This document shows, in pieces, positions 52,638-64,000 of a stretch of DNA of 64,000 bases. This stretch comes from Octopus sinensis (lineage: Eukaryota), in assembly GCF_006345805.1 (NCBI RefSeq), contig NW_021832856.1, positions 31,558 to 95,557 on the forward strand. The letters are read 5' to 3'. The notes beneath the pieces are model-generated. The model searched no databases and was not told the DNA's origin. It saw only the letters and a program-made list of their open reading frames with translations. How positions within the stretch are numbered: the first letter of the stretch is position 1; every line of letters starts with the position of its first letter. A program made the position numbers and the translations under genes.

Positions 52638-53773
52638 CACTCATCCATGCATGCATATATATATATATATGTTTACACATAGATATATATATTTATGTAA
52701 ACATATACATACATATACACACACAGAAACACACACAGACACACATATGTAAAGAGGATAGAGTTTTTGTTTCAATCGTGTAGAGGTGTACAAGGTGACT
52801 GTAACAAATTCGTTTGTGTTTAGAGGCAATGGCGAAAGCGGGTGTGCAGTGGGTGAAGCTGCAAGGTCTGAGGACAGCGGTTTGGTGAGAACTTGTGCCC
52901 TTGGTGGACAGGGCGACTCTGAATATATGGGTTTCGTTGGCAGCTCTCCTGTATTAGGAGGACTGCATCAGGAATATGGTCACAAATCCTGTATACACTT
53001 TCTGCTTTTATCTCGTTTCCCTCTCACCTTTCTTTCCTCTCATCTTCTATGTAAATTGTCACATAAATTGTACACTGCCCTTGTAATGTATATCTCATAT
53101 GACATCCCAGTGGCAAAGAAAATCACCACCACCTACTACTTATTTACATTTTTATTTATTTTCTTCCTTTTGAATCATTGCATTCGTCAGCTTGTGATTT
53201 AATAAAGACAAATAAAAATATAAAAAAAGTACCGAGAAAAAATTACAGGCTGAAACAAACAAACGATAAAGAAAGCAAAGAGAGTGTGGCCCCCGCCGCC
53301 ACACATTCGCCCATTAAACACATCACAATCACAGTTGGAAGTAATAACACCTATCATTAACACTGACAACCCGACTCAGATATTTGCAAGCATAACTTTG
53401 TATTTTACTTCACCATTAATTTGAACGCAGTGTGTGCTTTCAATGGAGAGAGAGAAAAAAATGTAAAACATGAAAGCGAGCTTCTTCTTCTTCTTCTATG
53501 TCAACAATGGCGACCAAACAGATATTTTCGTTTCTCTCTGGGCTAATTATTCCAAACTGTAATTGCATTTCTCTGTCAAATGAAACCACCATCTGAGATA
53601 TTGGTAACTCGGCATCGACAGGTTGTCTTAACATTATAATTAGATTATAATTACGACATTAGCGGTGAATTCCAGACAAGATCGCGACTAAAAGCAATTT
53701 TAATTGTCCCCCCCCCACCATAAAATTCTAACGAGTAGAGTCGATACATATGATCTAATGTACATTCTCATCA

Positions 53774-53834
<61 letters not shown>

Positions 53835-53839
<5 letters not shown>

Positions 53840-54047
53840 CGGTGAGCTGGCAGACTTGTTAGCACTCCGAACAAATGCATAGGAGTATTTCGCCCGTCGC
53901 TACGTTCTGAGTTCAAATTTCGCTGAGGTCGGCGTTGCCTTTCATCTCTTCGGGGTCGATTAAATAGGCACCAGTTACGCAGTAGGTTCGATAATCGACT
54001 TGATCCCTTCTCCCAAATTTGAGGCCTTGTACTTCCAGTAGAAAGGG

Positions 54048-54093
<46 letters not shown>

Positions 54094-54505
54094 GGTGGCG
54101 AGATGGCAGACTCGTTAGCACTCCTGACAAAATGCTTGATGGTATTTCGCCTGTCGCTACGTTCTGAGCTAAAATTCCGCCGTGGTCGACTTTGCCTTTC
54201 ATCCTTTTAGGATCGATTAAATATGTACCAGATATGCACTGGGGTCGATGTAATCGACTTAATCCCTTCCTTCAAATCTGAAGCCTTGTGCTTCCAGTAG
54301 AAAGAATTATTATTATTATTGTTATTAGTAGTAGTATTAAGGTTGCAAACTGAGAGAATCGTTAGCAACCGGACAAATTGCTTAGCAACATTTGACTTTG
54401 CCGTTCATCCTTTCGGATTCCATGAAATAAACATCAATTGAGTCGATATAACTGTGTAACCCGTCTCCTAAAACTTTTTAAGCCTTGTTCCTACAGTAGA
54501 AATGA
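53835..54505 (+). mobile_element. Three tandem SINE family B copies separated by (ATT)n tails
   Basis: Copies at ~53835-54050, 54090-54310 and 54338-54505, each gcggtgagctggcaga..gttagca..ggggtcgat..ccttgt..cagtagaaa followed by (att)n. Confidence 0.9.
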
Positions 54506-54727
54506 TTACCGTTTTTATATTTCTTTTTTATAAATCTTTCAATGATCCAAGGCTAAGTTGATCTGTACGGTATTTGAACGCACGACCTAAGAGGCGGTAA
54601 CCTTCTAGCACAAACTATTTAGTCCTAGAATCTAACGATTTGACCAAATCCTCTGTTGGTGGGAATTGTGCATTTATCTGTTCCTGGAAAATTCCTCCCT
54701 GACGTTTACGGCCTCGATTATATTTGG

Positions 54728-55083
54728 TTACACTTTTATTATTTTACTTGTTTCAGTAATTTGACTGCGGCCATGCTGGAACACCGCTTTTAGTCGAACA
54801 AATCGACCCCAAGACTTATTCTTTGTAAGCCTAGTACTTATTCTATCGGTCTGTTTTGCCGAACCGCTAAATTGCAGGGACGTAAAAACACCAACATCGG
54901 TTGTCAAGCGATGGTGGGGGAACAAACACGGACACACAAATACATACCAAATCTACCAACGAGGCTTTGATCGACCCGAGGCTATAGTAGAAAACATTTG
55001 CCCAAGGTACCACGCAGTGGGACTGAACCCGTAACCATGTGGTCGGGAAGCAAACTTCTTATCACACAGCTGCTCCTGCGCCT
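54728..55083 (-). mobile_element. SINE family A, full length
   Basis: Reverse complement of the 55265-55645 consensus along its whole length. Confidence 0.9.
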
Positions 55084-55264
55084 GTGTTGTTTATTTTGAA
55101 AAGAAAACCTATATTTGTCCACGCTAATAGTCCGACTTCTGTCTGTCTGTCTGTCTGTCTTTCTCCGGGGTAGCAATATATCATCGGAAGGAAAGGTAAG
55201 ACACGGGACACATTTCCCAGCACCAATAAAAAGCGAAATAATTACCTCACTGCATTTTCAAATC

Positions 55265-55645
55265 AGGAGTGGCTGTGTGGTAAGTAGCTTGCTTACCAAC
55301 CATACGGTTCCGGGTACAGTCCAACTGCGTGGCACCTTGGGCAAGTGTCTTCTACTATAGCCTCAGGCCGACCAAAGCCTTGTGAGTGGATTTGGTAGAC
55401 GGAAACTGAAAGAAGCCCGTCGTATATATGTATGTGTGCGTGTTTGCTTGTCTGTGTTTGTCCCCCCAACATCGCTTGACAACCAATGCTGGTGTGTTTA
55501 CGTCCTCGTAGCTTAGCGGTTCGGCAAAAGAGACCGATAGAATAAGTACTAGGCTTGCAAAGAATAAGTCATGGGGTCGATTTCCTCGACTAAAGGCGGT
55601 GCTCCAGCATGACCGCAGTCAAATGACTGAAACAAGTAAAAGAGT
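55265..55645 (+). mobile_element. SINE family A, full length (tRNA head, CORE-like ccttgggcaagt, LINE-derived tail)
   Basis: tggctgtgtggtaag (A box), gggtacagtcc (B box), ggcaccttgggcaagtgtc, tail ggcggtgctccagcatgaccgcagtcaaatgactgaaacaagtaaaagag. Confidence 0.9.
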
Positions 55646-56734
55646 AGTTCTGGTTATCTACCCGACTTCATATGATCTTCACTGTCCCTCTACAGATGTT
55701 TACTTGACCGGAATTTAAATTCAGAATGTAAAAAGCGGAAATAAGCACCTCCAGGTGATTTGTCCGGCGCTACAATAATTTGGTCAACGCCGCTTTACAC
55801 AACGGCCAAGCCATTGCTAAAAGGAAAAAAATACGAGAAAAACTGAATATTGATTTTGAAGCTAGTGATAAGGTTTCGCATTGGCAATTATATCGATTTT
55901 CACTAGTATTTATCATCAAATATAATGTAGTTCTCAGTGCGATTTGAACTCTGATCGCAAAGCGAGCCTTCCAATTAGCAACACTTGAACCAATCTGCCA
56001 AACTCTTACCTAGCTATCCCTTAATTAATCATATTAAGGAGTAAGTAGATATTAAAACAAGGCTTTTGCTGTAAGCAAAGCGGTGCAAGGGAGATAACTT
56101 ATCCTGACCAGTTAAACCTAAAGTCAAAGCTCGAAAGAAATGGTTTCCTTTTAATAAACTGCTTCAATTTATTTACGTCACACACGAAAAAAAAAAAAAA
56201 AAGAAAAAAATGACCCCGCTCCTCAAGAAAGCGGAAAGGCATGAACATCACAAATGTTTCTTCTCTTCTTTCCTATACATTTGCTGCTACATTTTTTCAT
56301 GCAAACAGACGACGGATTAAAGGTTAAAAGTCAATAAATGCATCGAAGCTTGCAAACCAAAGACATTCCATGAGACGTGATTACAAGCACCAGACTAGAA
56401 GACTTACGGTGTTTGTTCGTTAGGGTGTTTCCGTTTGTGTCTGTCTGTCTGTCTGATGTCTTTCTATCTGTCTATCTGCCTGTCTACCTATCTTTCTACT
56501 TACTACCTACCTATCTAATCTATCAATCCCTTCCCCCTCTCTATCCATCGACATATGAGTTTATGTCTATGCACGTGTATGTATACTAATAAATCGAATA
56601 ATCAATCAGTTAAATAATCAGTCTATCTTTATATATATATATAAAGTCTGTATATGTGAATGTCTATGTGTGATTCACGGTCTTGTCTTTCTTATCTATT
56701 GGTCTCATTCTGTCTTTCATGTCCGCCCACATAT

Positions 56735-57000
56735 CCCCAACGTTCTTGCCGTTGACGTCACCAATAACGCCGCGAAACTGTAATGATATTTGTGTGCTTT
56801 CCATGTGATGCATTGTCGCATATATTACCCAACTGGAAGGGAGGAAGCACTGTTGCAAGTTTACTCACATTTGTGAGATGAATGCAATGGAACAACGGGA
56901 ACTGAAATGTCTCGCAGAAGAACACAGCTCTTCGGCGGGTCTGGGAATCGAAACTAAATCTTATGATCATGAATGCAACACTTACAACGATGGTCTACAC
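56735..57000 (-). mobile_element. SINE family C, degenerate
   Basis: Minus strand gtgttgcattcatgatcataagatttagtttcgattcccagacc..gtgttcttctgcgagacatttc. Confidence 0.5.
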
Positions 57001-57593
57001 ATCTGAACACACACAGTCACACACACATACACACGCACGCACGTATATGTACTCCAGCATTCATCCCAAGTCTACTCATGGTAGTCAAATTCCAGCAATC
57101 TACTTAACGATGGTAAGTGGGGGTACACCCCGCCGGTCGTATCGGGAGCGCTGGACAAGAATCACATACACAGGACATACCCAAAGGTAGACCACCAATA
57201 GAGAATATATATATATAGGAAAGCAAATCCGGAATGAGCCGAGTCGAGCGGTCAGTATAGAGAATTTTCAACCGGTGCGTTCGGGTGATTACGATCCCTG
57301 TCAGTACATATGTATACAACCATGCGCTTTAACTACAGCATTAGACCCTTTTATCACTTATTTCTAGCACTGTAGTTGTTCTGAAACCCTAGTCATATTT
57401 AGGGACGATTATAGTTTTCCTTTTTGGTAAAACATTGCACACGGCTCTCTAAATATATATATATACTGTTGTGTCTGGGGAGAGTCATTTTCTTTTTGTG
57501 CCTTATAATGTAACACACTCACCGTTAAAATTTACACTTATGCTTCAACACACGAACTCATATAAAGAATCTTGCAAACCAAATCCCCAAACG

Positions 57594-57636
<43 letters not shown>

Positions 57637-57919
57637 GGATACATGTAATCCTGCGACAGTCACAGAAACCGCCTCTGGTTGGTTGATCCCCCCACAGAGT
57701 AAAGTAATACGGAAGCGTGTAATGTGGAGTCTCATGCTGCTGAAATCCAGGAAATTCAGTCGATGAAATTGTTTCATGAAGAATATAAGAGAATCTTTAT
57801 TATTATTATCTCTCTCTTATTAACGGCAATCTATCTGCCACCCCCTCTCTTGTACCTTCCATAATGTTCATCGCCACTAATCATCATTTCGTTCTTAATA
57901 TCTTACAAAATTTCTTATT

Positions 57920-58050
57920 CCGCCGTATTCGACTTTGCTTCTCATCCTTTCCAGGTCGATAAAATAAGTACCAGTGGCGTACTGTGGTCGATCTAATCGA
58001 CTGGACTCTTCACCAAAATTTCGGGCCTTGTACCTAAAGCAGAAAAGAAT
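57920..58050 (+). mobile_element. SINE family B 3' part
   Basis: cgactttgcttctcatcctttccaggtcgataaaataagtaccag..ggccttgtacct. Confidence 0.7.
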
Positions 58051-58605
58051 ATCTTATAAAATCTCCTTTCCTCATCTCTATGGTCAGTTTTGGTCAATTG
58101 TCGGTCTTCCGTACTTTCTATATTAGAAGATGATTTTCCTATGTATTCATCAAGGTTGAAAAAGAAAATCAAGATGTTCTATTGATGAGAAGACTAGCCT
58201 TCCATATCTGCATTGGTTTGGATATGTACAATAGCGCTATGCAATTTATAGCATGCGCACTTGTGCAGACATGTCAACTAATTTATTTTACACTAAAAAC
58301 GGCCGTCATCCGTGCGTATCACTTAGGTTGACGAGAGAGGGATGACCTCCCTTTGCAAATACCATAAGCGCACAGAAAGTGTGCCTAAAGCCAGCTGGAG
58401 ACGATGATCTCCTGGGGCTACAAGCTATAGTAACACCCACCCTTAGTGGTTAGCCATGTTGAGATGGCTAGTATACCTTACATATGTATACATTTGTATG
58501 TATTTAATCATCACTCCCCTCATTCTCTCTCTCTTTCTCTGAGTGTATGTGTGCGTGTGTGTGTGTTTTGCGAGCGCGCGCGTTTGTATCAGCCCTAGCC
58601 CTAAC

Positions 58606-58843
58606 AGAAAATACGTCGGTGAACGCCGGGCGAAATGCTTAGCTGTATTTCATCTGCCTCTACGTTTTGAGTTCAATTTCTGCCGAGGTTGACTTAGCCT
58701 TTCATCCTTTCGGGATCGATTAAATAAGTACCAGTCACGCATTGGGGTCGATGTAATCGACTGAATCCCATTGTCTGTCCTTGTTTGTCTCCTCTATGTT
58801 TAGCCCCTTATGGGCAATAAAAAATAAGAAAATACATCGGTGA
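58606..58843 (+). mobile_element. 5'-truncated SINE family B variant with 17-bp target-site duplication
   Basis: agaaaatacgtcggtga (58606-58622) and agaaaatacatcggtga (58827-58843) flank the SINE body. Confidence 0.8.
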
Positions 58844-60975
58844 TGCGGCCAAATAATATCGGAATATGACTCCTTTTGTCTTTTGGCCTAAAAGAATCAC
58901 CTCCAGTCCCATTCCGCATTCTTTGTTTCCAGAAAAAAAATTCAGTGAGTTGATTTTAATTGAATGATCTCCCTGCAGTCCCCCTATTCAAAATTTAAAC
59001 ACCCTAAACAAGGAGTTTTGGCAAACGAATTGCTTGGATAATCTCAGTTAATCAACAATGTATTCTTTTAACTAATATTATCTGTGTGATCGCCTATCGT
59101 AATCGTTCATACGTAACATATTTTCATTGGTTGATAAGTTAGAGAATAGCCAATTACATTTCTTGGGCTTTTCTTGTTTATGTTAACGCAACGAAAATGA
59201 AAGTACAGGTCTTCAAATAATTAATAAATACAGAAATTAATAAAGAATGAGTTGAAGAATTTTACTATGAAAAATGTCAGATAATGAAGGCTAAACCGGA
59301 AGAGCCTAAAAGACATTGCTCGACAGAGACTGGAATTGATATTTTGTTCAATGCTTTGCTTGACATGGTCAGAATCTGGAATGCAGAGATATCATGTTTG
59401 AGCAATATGGCACCAACAGGTTCTCCCACAGCTCAGCAATGAGACATTTTAAGAAAGAAAGTAAATCCAATTTCGAAAATTTTTCATCTCTTAAACGAAA
59501 AGAAAGTAATAACAATAAAAAAGAAAAACTCGGATTTTTTTCCGTTCAAAGTTAAAAATGACAGAAAAATCAACAGCAGCGGGGTCGGTGGCGGCAGATT
59601 CGACAGGGACGACTGTTTCTTCATAATTGTTCTTGGCGATGTCCATCCATCCATCCATCCACCGCCTTCCTTCCTTCATCTATCTATCTATCTATCTATC
59701 TATCTTCTCGGTCCGTTATTCTTGGGAGGTCGTGATAGGAGAGTCTATATGCCCCTCTTCCGTAGGATCCTGGTGACACCTCCATGTCAAATTCTGGCTC
59801 ATCGCATTCTTTATATTCCGCCCTTACCATTTAGTACAACCTTCATTTTGCCAAACGATTCCTTTATAACCCTAATCATCATCATCACCATCTTCTATTA
59901 CAGTGGGAAGCAATTGATCACGTGTTCATCACCTGCCTTGATCGTCCTTTGTTCCTATGTTGTCCCATCATATTTGGCTTAGAAGATGAGATGTTCTCTG
60001 AATTTAACTCAGAATGCAGAGAGACAACAAATCCTGAAGGTAATCCCTGTCCAACATTTTTATACTTTCACTAATCTGGTTTGGTAGTTTATCTTCAACC
60101 CGAAAAATGAAAAACAAAGTTAGTTAGTGGATTTGAACTCAAAGCACGGCGGATCAGACAAAACGTAAACCCCCCACCCCCACCCCTCACCAAAAAAAAA
60201 GACAAAAAAGTGAGACATTAGAGCTGAGGCTCTGACCACTCAGACAGCAGCCGACACCCTTAAGCGCTGTGTTATAAAATTTTAGTAAATTCAAAGTTAT
60301 TAATGTTTGTTTACTCATAATATTATGAGTAATATATATTAACTCTCGAGCGTTGCATCAATTTGTTACTTTTACCAATTAATAAGGTTCATTCATTCAT
60401 ACATACATTCATACATACATACATACATACAAACATACATACAACACGGGACCAAGTTTGAGAAGCCAAATTACCGCACAGCCAACCCTGTGTGAACACA
60501 CGCACACACATATATATACACACACACAGAATTTTAAATTGTTTTGACGGACCAAAGTAAAAATGGAATAAGAATTATAAATTAAAATAGGAGAAAATGC
60601 AATGTGGTGAGAATGAAGGAGAACTGTATAAAAAAAATTAGAAATCGACAAAATACAGCAAGACATAAGAATGAAGAAATACGGTTTAATATAAATCCGT
60701 TTATTTTCCTGATTGCAATACATCGCCTGGGGTGGGTTTTGTGGGGTGAACCGACATTATTTAGACTGGTGGAACATTTTGAAACGTGATGGAGTAAAGA
60801 GAAATTGGAGTGACGTTTCCTCTTTGCCAAGTTCTCGCACTTGTCCCTCCAATAAAATCACATCTTTGACATTTGACCTCAAGCAATTGATGGTAAATAC
60901 ATGGAAACGGAAGTGTGTTAGAGGTAGAATAAGAGGGAGAAAGAGAAGAGCTTATGAGGAAGACGGAATGGGGGA

Positions 60976-61009
<34 letters not shown>

Positions 61010-61052
61010 CCTATCTATCTATCTATCTATCAACAACTACGCACCTACCTAC

Positions 61053-61087
<35 letters not shown>

Positions 61088-61138
61088 CATACATATATAT
61101 ATATGTATATGTAGACATAAATCCGGGATCTGGAATTA

Positions 61139-61353
61139 TCCAGTAATTTGTTTTGCTAGTTTATTTTGTCTTGTCTTCTCTCCTGGTGTTGTATGAACAT
61201 TTAATGTGGTTTTAGAGTGAAGTTTTGGCTGCTATTTCAAGCGTGGTGGTATCTCTTAGATACCCTAAATTATACTTTTAATAATTATTACCTTTGGAGG
61301 TTTTAATCCCTATGCTGGCCACTTGATAAGTTCGATATTTAAATAACGATCTT
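61139..61353. repeat. ~215-bp dispersed duplication, copy 1 (copy 2 at 62882-63108)
   Basis: gtggttttagagt..ggctgctattt..gtggtatctc.tagataccctaa..aataattattacctttggaggtt..atgctggccacttg is shared. Confidence 0.8.
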
Positions 61354-62032
61354 ATATATATATATATATATATATATATAAGATTAATTGCGAGGATGAT
61401 CCGGTTCTTGACTGAAGATTGAAGGCTTCGAATGTCCCGTCCGTGTTTTTTGTATCGTCTTCTAAATGTTTTGCGTTCTTGTCCCAGTTTGTATTTTTTT
61501 ACATATATATGTATATATACATTCTCCCGTGCGCACACACACACACATAAGTACATATTATGTGTTGCGTTACACAACCATATTTATGGCAGCTCATCTA
61601 TATTATGGACGTCTACATTGGACTTTGCAGCAGTCATATTTTGGGCTGCCGGATGTATTTTACTGTCATTTCTTTCTCCCGGACCACATCCCAGAACCAC
61701 ATATTATGTTAACATACCTACTTTAAATACAAATAATTTCCTGATAGTTTAACATTCTTTTCGTTTCCATCCTTTTCTCCTCCCTCATTCATTCCGTGCT
61801 ATTCACTTCTCACTTATGACACTCTCCCCCTTCATGTTTTCCACATCTTTCTCGCATCTAAGATGAAGCGTTTCCGTTTCAAATTGTCATTTACTACTCT
61901 ACTCACGGTAAATATGATTTACAGCCTGACAACTTATATTCGTTACTATTGATGACAGACACTTCCCTTGGGGTTGATTACGACTATGGACTTAACCGCA
62001 TTTTAAGTGGATTTTCCAGATTATATGTGTAT

Positions 62033-62079
<47 letters not shown>

Positions 62080-62348
62080 GTACACACTACACGCACACAC
62101 AAATATATGTAAACAAACACGCTCACTCACTCATTCTCTCAAAACTATATATGTGTATATATATGCACGACTATTCTCATATATATGCTTGCATTTGTAT
62201 TATGTCACAAATGTATAGCTTAGACAGTGTCGAGAGTTAAATGAAAGATGGAAGAGGGATTTTCAACAAAATGCGGGAAAGAGCAAAGACGGATAAAGGA
62301 CGAGCACCGACAACAAACTGAACGATTAGTGAAGCATTTCTGAATATA

Positions 62349-62403
<55 letters not shown>

Positions 62404-62419
62404 GTATGTATGTATATAT

Positions 62420-62650
62420 ATGTGTGTGTGTGTGTGTCTGCGTTTGCCGCCTCCATCATGGCTTGACAACTGATGTTGGTGTGTTTACGTCCTCGTAACA
62501 TAGCGGTTCGACAAAATAGACGGATAGAATAAGTACTAGGTTTACAAATAAGTCCTGACGTCGATTTCTTCGACTACAAAAATATCCAAGGTGGTACTCC
62601 CGCATGGCCGCACTCAGATGACTGGAACAAGTAAAAGCATAAAAGTAAAA
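62420..62650 (+). mobile_element. SINE family A, 3' half
   Basis: gcttgacaactgatgttggtgtgtttacgtcc..gatagaataagtactagg..gcatggccgcactcagatgactgg. Confidence 0.8.
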
Positions 62651-62847
62651 GTATACATATGTGTATGTACACACACACAACACACATGTACACACACACA
62701 CTATATATATTTTTATAATAGTTTGTTTCAGCTCCATGCCAGTTTCTTAGGCTCCTAGAACGAAACTCGATTTTTAGGGTCCTAGATAAAGTCTTTTTTT
62801 AGCTTGGACGCACACTCGTACATACACACACACATATGTGTGTGTAT

Positions 62848-62885
<38 letters not shown>

Positions 62886-63181
62886 AGTAATTTTTTACTA
62901 GCTTCATCTTGTCTCTTTGTTTTCTCTCCGTGTTTGCGATATGGACAATTAAGGTGGTTTTAGAGTCAGATCGTGGCTGCTATTTTCAGCATGGTGGTAT
63001 CTCGTAGATACCCTAATTTATAATTTTAATAATTATTACCTTTGGAGGTTATTTTTCCATGCTGGCCACTTGGTAAAATCGTTATTTTATTTTAAATTAA
63101 CGATCTTATCCTTATAATATATATATATATATATATGATTTTTTTTCGTCTGTCATCCCTTCTCTGGATCTTTCCTTCTAT

Positions 63182-63216
63182 GTTTCCGACGAAGAGTTCC
63201 GCTCGAAACGTAAACC
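63182..63216 (+). ncRNA. Minimal hammerhead motif (U4->C, extra A10)
   Basis: gttt-CCGACGA-A-gag(ttccg)ctc-GAAA-C-GTA-aacc; downstream cctgagcgt..taatac..tttgt..cacgtc matches the 16690 copy. Confidence 0.5.
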
Positions 63217-63339
63217 CCTCCTTCTTCCCTTCTTTCCTGAGCGTCCAATAATACTATATTTGTTCCACGTCCTCGCGTTGTTGTGTTTTTTTCTGTTTTC
63301 TTGTTGGATTAACCATATATATATATATATAATATATAT

Positions 63340-63409
<70 letters not shown>

Positions 63410-63510
63410 TATATATATATCTATGTATGTATGTATATATATACATGTTGTATGTATTATATAATGTATGTATGTATATATATAAATGTATGTATGTATA
63501 TATATATATA

Positions 63511-63545
<35 letters not shown>

Positions 63546-63689
63546 TATGTATATATATATATGTATATATATATATATCTATATATGTATGTATATATAT
63601 ATTATTATAATATGTATGTATTATATCTATATATGTATATATAATATATATATATATAATATATATATATATATATAATATATATATAT

Positions 63690-64000
63690 ACTTTGATCTT
63701 TGATAGGTTTCGGCCATTATTGGCCCAGGCCATGTCTAACTTAATAGCACCACCTGGTGAAGTCTTTCAAGTCAGAATTTGGGCACTATGGCCCACTCAA
63801 GTAGAGAGTTATTGTTTACAGAGACATATCCGGGTGTAGGGGGTTTATCCGGGATTTCTTGAAGGAATCTGTCCAAAGACTTCTTGAACCCTATAGGGTC
63901 AGTTTCTGTATTTATGTGTTTTGGTGTAATGTTAAAGAGAGCGGGCCAATTGAGGTGAAATAATGTGCCGTATTGTTGTTATGAGATGAGAGTTGCGATT
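63690..64000 (-). mobile_element. CR1-clade LINE 3' end (different subfamily), runs off the window
   Basis: Minus translation LFNITPKHINTETDPIGFKKSLDRFLQEIPDKPPTPGY..NNSLLEW is homologous to the 28641 ORF C-terminus. The tail has hairpin ggccaataatggcc-gaaac then (atcaaag)2. Confidence 0.75.

Noticed and set aside
53770-54505. CRISPR-like repeat-spacer pattern
   Set aside because: The units are ~200-bp SINEs with microsatellite tails in eukaryotic DNA; there are no short constant repeats and no cas genes.
58591-58605. ccctag-ccctaa telomere-like hexamers
   Set aside because: Only two imperfect units, expected by chance.
14-63717. Dozens of Y/I/H/T/C/V-rich ORFs up to 255 aa
   Set aside because: They are translations of (TA)n, (CA)n and (TACA)n microsatellites, which lack stops in some frames.

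Overview
AT-rich, repeat-dominated eukaryotic DNA. The SINE, LINE and microsatellite content points to an octopod cephalopod (Octopus-like); this is inference. Almost all short ORFs in the track are translations of (TA)n/(CA)n microsatellites. The only credible host coding sequence is an intronless 276-aa ORF of unknown function (9843-10673, -), with a perfect CRE palindrome about 90 bp upstream. The rest is mobile DNA: four SINE families, four CR1-clade LINE 3' fragments (two of them ending in the same 3' tail as the commonest SINE), RTE and R4/Dong LINE relics, three Penelope-like GIY-YIG fragments, mariner/Tc1 relics, a non-autonomous Helitron and foldback MITEs. The main hidden signal is more than a dozen type-I hammerhead ribozyme motifs (CUGANGA-stem II-GAAA-palindromic stem III-NUH) on both strands. 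At least four look intact or near-intact, one of them with a U3:A8 compensatory core. Most lie about 25-110 nt upstream of a microsatellite, either at the 3' ends of the Penelope-like elements or in small non-coding islands. This suggests a microsatellite-targeting, ribozyme-bearing (Penelope/retrozyme-like) retroelement system. All structures were folded by eye and no database searches were run.
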